In this document: positions 59,438-64,000 of the stretch, piece by piece
Layout of the letters: the number at the start of each line of letters is the position of its first letter
Numbering within the stretch: the stretch's first letter is position 1
Origin: Spirochaetia bacterium
GTDB taxonomy: Bacteria > Spirochaetota > Spirochaetia > SZUA-6 > Fen-1364
Assembly (NCBI GenBank): GCA_049515135.1
Contig: JBEKUJ010000007.1
Span: 116,888 to 180,887, forward strand
Direction: 5' to 3'
Length of the DNA stretch: 64,000 nucleotides
The notes under the pieces: model-generated
What the model was told of the DNA's origin: nothing
What the model saw: only the letters and a program-made list of their open reading frames with translations
Databases searched by the model: none
Program-made: the position numbers and the translations under genes

Positions 59438-60187
59438 TTAGAAAAACATCATCACACCGGACACGAGGGTCAGTATCTGCACGGCAATCATAAAACCTTT
59501 CTCAGGAATGCGGTGGGCAAGAGCGAGCCCTGCCAGCGCACCAGCTACAACCCCGACTGAGAGCACTGCGTCGAAGAGGAGAGAAGGGCCCGAGATTAGC
59601 CTTAGGCTCAGGCTGAATGGGACCTTGATCCAATTGACAACAAAAAAGAACCACGCGCACGTGCCGATGAATTGCTTCTTTGGAAGGCGCATCGACAGAA
59701 GGTAAATCATGGTGACAGGTCCGCCTGCGTTTGCAACCATTGTGGTAGCTCCAGCGAGGAAGCCAGCGATCGATGCAAACCACCACGATGTGGGTAGCGG
59801 GGTTTCGATGCCAAGTATGTATTGCCGGTAGACGCTTACTCCGAGCATGACGATGACGATGGCGCCTATGATGTAACGCAGTTGTTGGTCATTGATCCTG
59901 CCCATGGCGAAGTAGCCAGCGACGATCCCCACGAAAGCCAAAGGGAAAAGCCGCACGAGGTGTTTCCAGGACCCATGACGTCTCCAAAAAAGAATAGCAA
60001 AGATATCCGCCATTATGATGAGCGGCAGGAGCGCGCCGGTTGATGCGCGAGAAGGGAGCACGTCGGCAAAGAGCGGTGCAAAAAGAATGCCGAGGACGGG
60101 CAAGCCCGTTTTAGAGATCCCCACAATTAGCACTGTGACGAAGGCCAGCATCCAACCGCTGACGGAAAGGGCGTAAATTCCATGCAT
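59438..60187 (-). CDS. TauE/SafE-family membrane transporter
   Basis: GISKTG; LLPLIIMAD; TMVANAGGP; NWIKVPF. Confidence 0.85.
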   Translation of the reverse strand: MHGIYALSVSGWMLAFVTVLIVGISKTGLPVLGILFAPLFADVLPSRASTGALLPLIIMADIFAILFWRRHGSWKHLVRLFPLAFVGIVAGYFAMGRINDQQLRYIIGAIVIVMLGVSVYRQYILGIETPLPTSWWFASIAGFLAGATTMVANAGGPVTMIYLLSMRLPKKQFIGTCAWFFFVVNWIKVPFSLSLRLISGPSLLFDAVLSVGVVAGALAGLALAHRIPEKGFMIAVQILTLVSGVMMFF

Positions 60188-60354
60188 GGAGCGCAATGTG
60201 TCACCTATTTCCGTACCGCTGTCAAGAGGAGGGGAGTGTATTGTGAATGCACATCGGACATGAGATGATGCGCTTTTCGGTCAGACGTGTGAGCAGCAAC
60301 CCGACAGCTTCCAAGACTGGCAAATCGCTCTTCAACAGGCCAAGGGGTGAATGA

Positions 60355-60740
60355 ATGAATCTTTCTTCCTTCCTGACCAGGAACATGGTCGCCGCGAAGC
60401 TCTCATCTGTCTCGCCGCGCGAGGCGATTGAGCAAATAGTCGGCAGTATTTGTAGCCGAAAGGGCCTTCGAAATAAGAAAGAGATTCTCAGCTCAATTCT
60501 TTCGCGTGAGGAACAGCTGGGCACTGTGATTGGAGAATGGGTTGCCGCTCCCCATGCGCGAATTGAGAACCTTCTGGAGCCTATCCTTTTCGTTGCGACT
60601 CTCAAGCCGAGCATCGGTTTTTGAGGGAACGCTCAGGAGCCTGCGGACATTATTTTCCTGTTCATTACTCCTGCTGCCGCGAGCAATACCCATCTCACGA
60701 TGCTTTCCAAGGATTTTTGGGTTCATTCTGCCATAGAAGA
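60355..60740 (+). pseudogene. PTS EIIA (fructose/nitrogen type) remnant
   Basis: REEQLGT...VAAPHAR; frameshift/stop at ~60620, then EPADIIFLFITP...HLTMLSK in another frame. Confidence 0.7.
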
Positions 60741-60819
60741 CATTAGTGTCCTTGCAAAAAAGACCAGAGAAGTGGACTTGCAAGGACTCGAAAGCTGTTG
60801 AGCTAAGTGGGAATATCCC

Positions 60820-60960
60820 TCAAGAAGGGGAGAAAGCGGTGACGTCGTTCCTGTTCACTTTTGCTTGACGAGAAATGTCTCGAATTGTGGCCGAATCAAG
60901 GCCTTCTTTGGAAATGAAAGCCACAAGCGCACTTTGGATTGAATCGAGTGAACTCTGATC
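60820..60960 (-). pseudogene. TetR-type HTH fragment
   Basis: KEGLDSATIRDISRQAKVNR, then truncated. Confidence 0.45.
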
Positions 60961-61066
60961 GGCCTGTTGCTCATGCGGGAAGATGCTTGGCACAGGCAAC
61001 CGCTCTTGCAATGATGACTTCAATCGTGCCAAGGAGCTCACTGTGGATATCAGCATCGTGAGCTGT

Positions 61067-61271
61067 CCTTTACGAGACATCTCAACATTTACTATGATGC
61101 GGTTATCGCGATCATTCATGATGCGGAATCCATCCTGATATTCGGCCCTGGTGAGGCAAAGGGAGAACTGAAGAAACGTCTTGAAAGAATCGAACTTGGC
61201 TGACGCATCGTAAGTGTTGAAACTGTTGACAAGATCGCCAGATTGCAGCGAAAGTCCGACGGCGCTTTGCA
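61067..61271 (+). repeat. Direct repeat copy 2 (decayed 3' half of the baeRF-like gene)
   Basis: Matches 13398-13609 with substitutions, a GGA-to-TGA stop at 61201 and a 7-bp deletion. Confidence 0.95.
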
Positions 61272-61278
61272 GAAATGA

Positions 61279-62004
61279 TCACTTCACGGTCGCGTCAGGG
61301 AGCAGGCGGTGGAATTCCTTCCTGACAACATCGTAGCATTCGCACACCCGCTTTTCCAGTCGCGGTCTATCCAGTACCATAATGCGGCCCCGGCTGTAGT
61401 GAATCAACCCGGCATCCTGTAGTCTGCCGGCAGCTTCTGTCACGCCCTCGCGCCGCACCCCCAGCATGTTGGCAATCAATTCCTGGGTCATGCTCAGCTC
61501 GTTCGCTGGCAGCCGGTCGAGACTAAGCAAGAGCCAGCGGCAGAGTTGCTGGTCTACCGAGTGGTGCCGATTGCATACTGCGGTCTGCGCCATCTGGGTC
61601 AGCATCGCGAGGGTGTAACGCAGCAACAGATGCTGCAACGCCCCGGCGCGGTTGAACTCTTGCTTGAGCAGCTGTCCACTGAGCCGATAGCCATGGCCCG
61701 CGCTCTGCACTACGGCCCGATTCGGCACGGTATCGCCACCCATGAAAAGAGCGATGCCAACGATGCCCTCGTAGCCGATCACGGCAATTTCGGCCGACGA
61801 GCCATTTTCCAATTCATACAGCAGGGACACAATGGCGGTAGCAGGGAAAAAGACGTGATCCAAGCGGTCCCCTGACTCATACAGGGCTTTACCGAGCGGC
61901 AACGGAACCAGTTCCAGATAGGGAGACAGGCGCACGAATTCCGTTTTAGGAAGTCTTGCCAGCAGGTGGTTTTGGCGCGGATTAGGGTTGTCCATTTCGG
62001 CCAT
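61279..62004 (-). CDS. Crp/Fnr-family transcriptional regulator
   Basis: NHLLA; cNMP-binding-like IGYEGIVG; TQELIANMLGVRREGVT; CECY. Confidence 0.9.
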   Translation of the reverse strand: MAEMDNPNPRQNHLLARLPKTEFVRLSPYLELVPLPLGKALYESGDRLDHVFFPATAIVSLLYELENGSSAEIAVIGYEGIVGIALFMGGDTVPNRAVVQSAGHGYRLSGQLLKQEFNRAGALQHLLLRYTLAMLTQMAQTAVCNRHHSVDQQLCRWLLLSLDRLPANELSMTQELIANMLGVRREGVTEAAGRLQDAGLIHYSRGRIMVLDRPRLEKRVCECYDVVRKEFHRLLPDATVK

Positions 62005-62377
62005 GAGCAACCTCCAAGAGTGTTCTCAAGGAAATGTTCTACCGAATCTTGCTGATAAAAACAAGAAGCTGTCAAGACAGCCATCAATACTAGGCTCGCC
62101 GGGGGCGGGGCCTTGAGACCTGAGGAAATGGTCCAGGGAGCCCGGGATCGGATCGTCGTGCTTTCTTCTCCTTCATATCTGATGGGTTACTTCCAGCTAT
62201 GTATGCCAGCGCACAGAAGTATTTCGGGTTGTATGCTAACTTCTGCTATCAGAAGCCTAAGAACCCGGTCCACGCGCAATAGTGGATAGATACTTCGTCT
62301 CAGGGCATTTGGGGTCCCAGAAGCGCGTTCGGCTCATGAGGTATCGACTTTGATTGCTTTGATGAAAAGAGGCTGCT

Positions 62378-62620
62378 TTGAAAACTATCGAACGTGAAGA
62401 AGAGAAGCGTGACGTCATAGAAATCCTTGAGTCCGGCGATCCGGATACTCTTTCTGAAGCCATTGCGCGCTTCCAGCATCTACGGGTCCAATTCAAAACA
62501 AGTTATCGGTATTTAGTCGGCGAATGGAGTGATGCTCGCAGGGCGAAGGACACTCAAAATGGACAATTTGTTACCAAGGCAGAAGTAGTAAGTTATCTTG
62601 AAGGCAACGTGAAAGAATAG
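62378..62620 (+). CDS. Hypothetical protein
   Basis: 80 aa ORF with GAGG upstream of the TTG start. Confidence 0.3.
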   Translation: MKTIEREEEKRDVIEILESGDPDTLSEAIARFQHLRVQFKTSYRYLVGEWSDARRAKDTQNGQFVTKAEVVSYLEGNVKE

Positions 62621-63317
62621 GGAACGAAACTAAACGCTGAAGCCATTCATTCATAGAAACTTCGGAGGGGTAAGACTATTCTGCGAATTTACAAAAGAAG
62701 ATATGGCCTGCAAGACGAGTCCTGTGAATGGTTCCTGCAAAGGGAGCATGAAAAGGGTGGAACTGCATCAGGAACAGGTTTCACACGCGTGAACAGTAAG
62801 CTGGTGCCACAAAACTTTCTTATGCCCTTTCAGCGACTAAGTATGAATTTTGTCTCTGCCAAAGGGATAGCTAAAATATGGTTTCTGGCAAAAATACTTT
62901 TTGCTTATCCCAAATCTATCGTTGACAATCGATCGCGCTGAAATGATTTCAAAGCCATAGATACACCTAGTTCATGACTTTTCGAAGTGAGGTCGGTGAC
63001 GATGCCGCCCAACGGCATGATCATGCACGTGATGATGACGTTCCGGTACGGCGCGGCGTAAGAGAGACAGACGATTGCTTGCGCCTCTTTCTGAGAGCGC
63101 GCGGGAGGATAGAAGTACGGCCCACTCATGCAACGAGCACGCTTTGCTAGTGGTCGGCCGTTAACACTGAAATCGCGATGTGCGGCAGCGTACAGAGCGC
63201 GAGAGGTCTTGTTGATATTCTTAGTCATCGTTGCCGTGGGTGTTTCTCAGCGGACAGTCGACGTCCTGGGCTCACCTGTAGGTGGCAGCATGCTATTCTT
63301 CGCGGGGGGGTGCAAAG

Positions 63318-63536
63318 ATGAGTATTGGCAGGGTTTTTGGAGCGGTTCTGCTGATTGCTGGAGTCGTGTTGATCATCGTTGGTGTCGTCGAGTCCCGCTC
63401 TCTGGCCAACAGCCTGAGCAGTATGTTCCTGGGACGACTCACGCAGCACACGATGTTGTACATCTTCGGTGGCATCGCATCAGCTGTCGTTGGCCTGATT
63501 CTCACGACTGGCGTCTTCGGCCGGGCCAGATCGTAA
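63318..63536 (+). CDS. Small two-TM membrane protein (DUF3185-like)
   Basis: Two hydrophobic helices flanking S.SLAN.LSS.F.G..T..T. Confidence 0.7.
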   Translation: MSIGRVFGAVLLIAGVVLIIVGVVESRSLANSLSSMFLGRLTQHTMLYIFGGIASAVVGLILTTGVFGRARS

Positions 63537-63709
63537 GCCCCAACGTTCGGGTGTACGCGACCGGATTGCTTCAATACAACTTGACATGACAGACCCCCCG
63601 GGACGGAATTCAACTGCATAGAGTGCATTGGACCGTGGTCTTGGTCGATACTGCCCGAAAATAGTCTACGTCTTTGTCGGGAGGCCACGCGCCCGCAGAC
63701 GGCTCCATC

Positions 63710-64000
63710 ATGTCGAACCTTCCAGTCCGGGAAGCTCGAACGCTTCTTGCTGGACAGGAGGCCTTCTTCGGCGGGTCCGATGTGTCTGCGCCGGTTCAAC
63801 TCTCTGACGATGACCTCTCGACCGTGGAGCTTGTCCTCAGGCTCCTCGAATTGTCCGCAAGGAGTAAGCAATATGTTGACCGGGATCTCGTCGACGTACT
63901 GCTGCAGCCCGTGGAACGTTCCTACCCCTGGTCTTCGTTCGGCGAGTACAAAGAATTCTTCACCCTTGGTCGGCGGTACTTGACCAAGGAACGTCTGGCA
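63710..64000 (+). CDS. Hypothetical protein, runs off the window end
   Basis: Open frame MSNLPVREARTLL...KERLA reaching base 64000; no motif recognised. Confidence 0.35.
   Translation, partial: MSNLPVREARTLLAGQEAFFGGSDVSAPVQLSDDDLSTVELVLRLLELSARSKQYVDRDLVDVLLQPVERSYPWSSFGEYKEFFTLGRRYLTKERLA

Overview
This is a gene-dense bacterial window. Binding-protein signal peptides such as AGGKAE and ATGTSEG, plus the anaerobe-type gene content, suggest a spirochaete-like organism (inference only). It is a mosaic of intact modules separated by decayed gene fragments. (1) 1-9.3 kb: a candidate lipid-signal/c-di-GMP locus. It holds a 6-TM histidine kinase-receiver-HD-GYP fusion (absent from the ORF track because it runs off the left edge), an ACP, an adenylation enzyme with degenerate motifs, a 3xPilZ/LuxD-like thioesterase/SAM-methyltransferase fusion and a divergent B12-type radical SAM gene. 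(2) 11.7-16.4 kb: ClpP with an apparent Ser-to-Tyr change at the nucleophile, Hsp20, a baeRF-like gene, a tyrosine recombinase, SPFH and ankyrin genes. The 3' ~210 bp of the baeRF-like gene recurs, decayed, about 47.7 kb downstream as a direct repeat, possibly an old attL/attR pair. (3) 18.4-29 kb: amino-acid genes (Ord-like dehydrogenase, GcvT-SHMT fusion, Liv ABC transporter, alanine racemase). (4) 34.4-47 kb: a long operon joining DJ-1/PfpI, ThDP enzyme, NTF2-like, VOC, AGE-epimerase and GlgX genes to a STAS/anti-sigma/PP2C partner switch. (5) 47.9-58.8 kb: a GntR-controlled cyclitol/sugar ABC and catabolic operon with IolN- and IolO-like genes and a perfect 18-bp palindromic operator. (6) A tail with TauE, Crp/Fnr and remnants. 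No rRNA, tRNA or CRISPR array was recognised. All calls come from reading motifs by eye; no searches were run.
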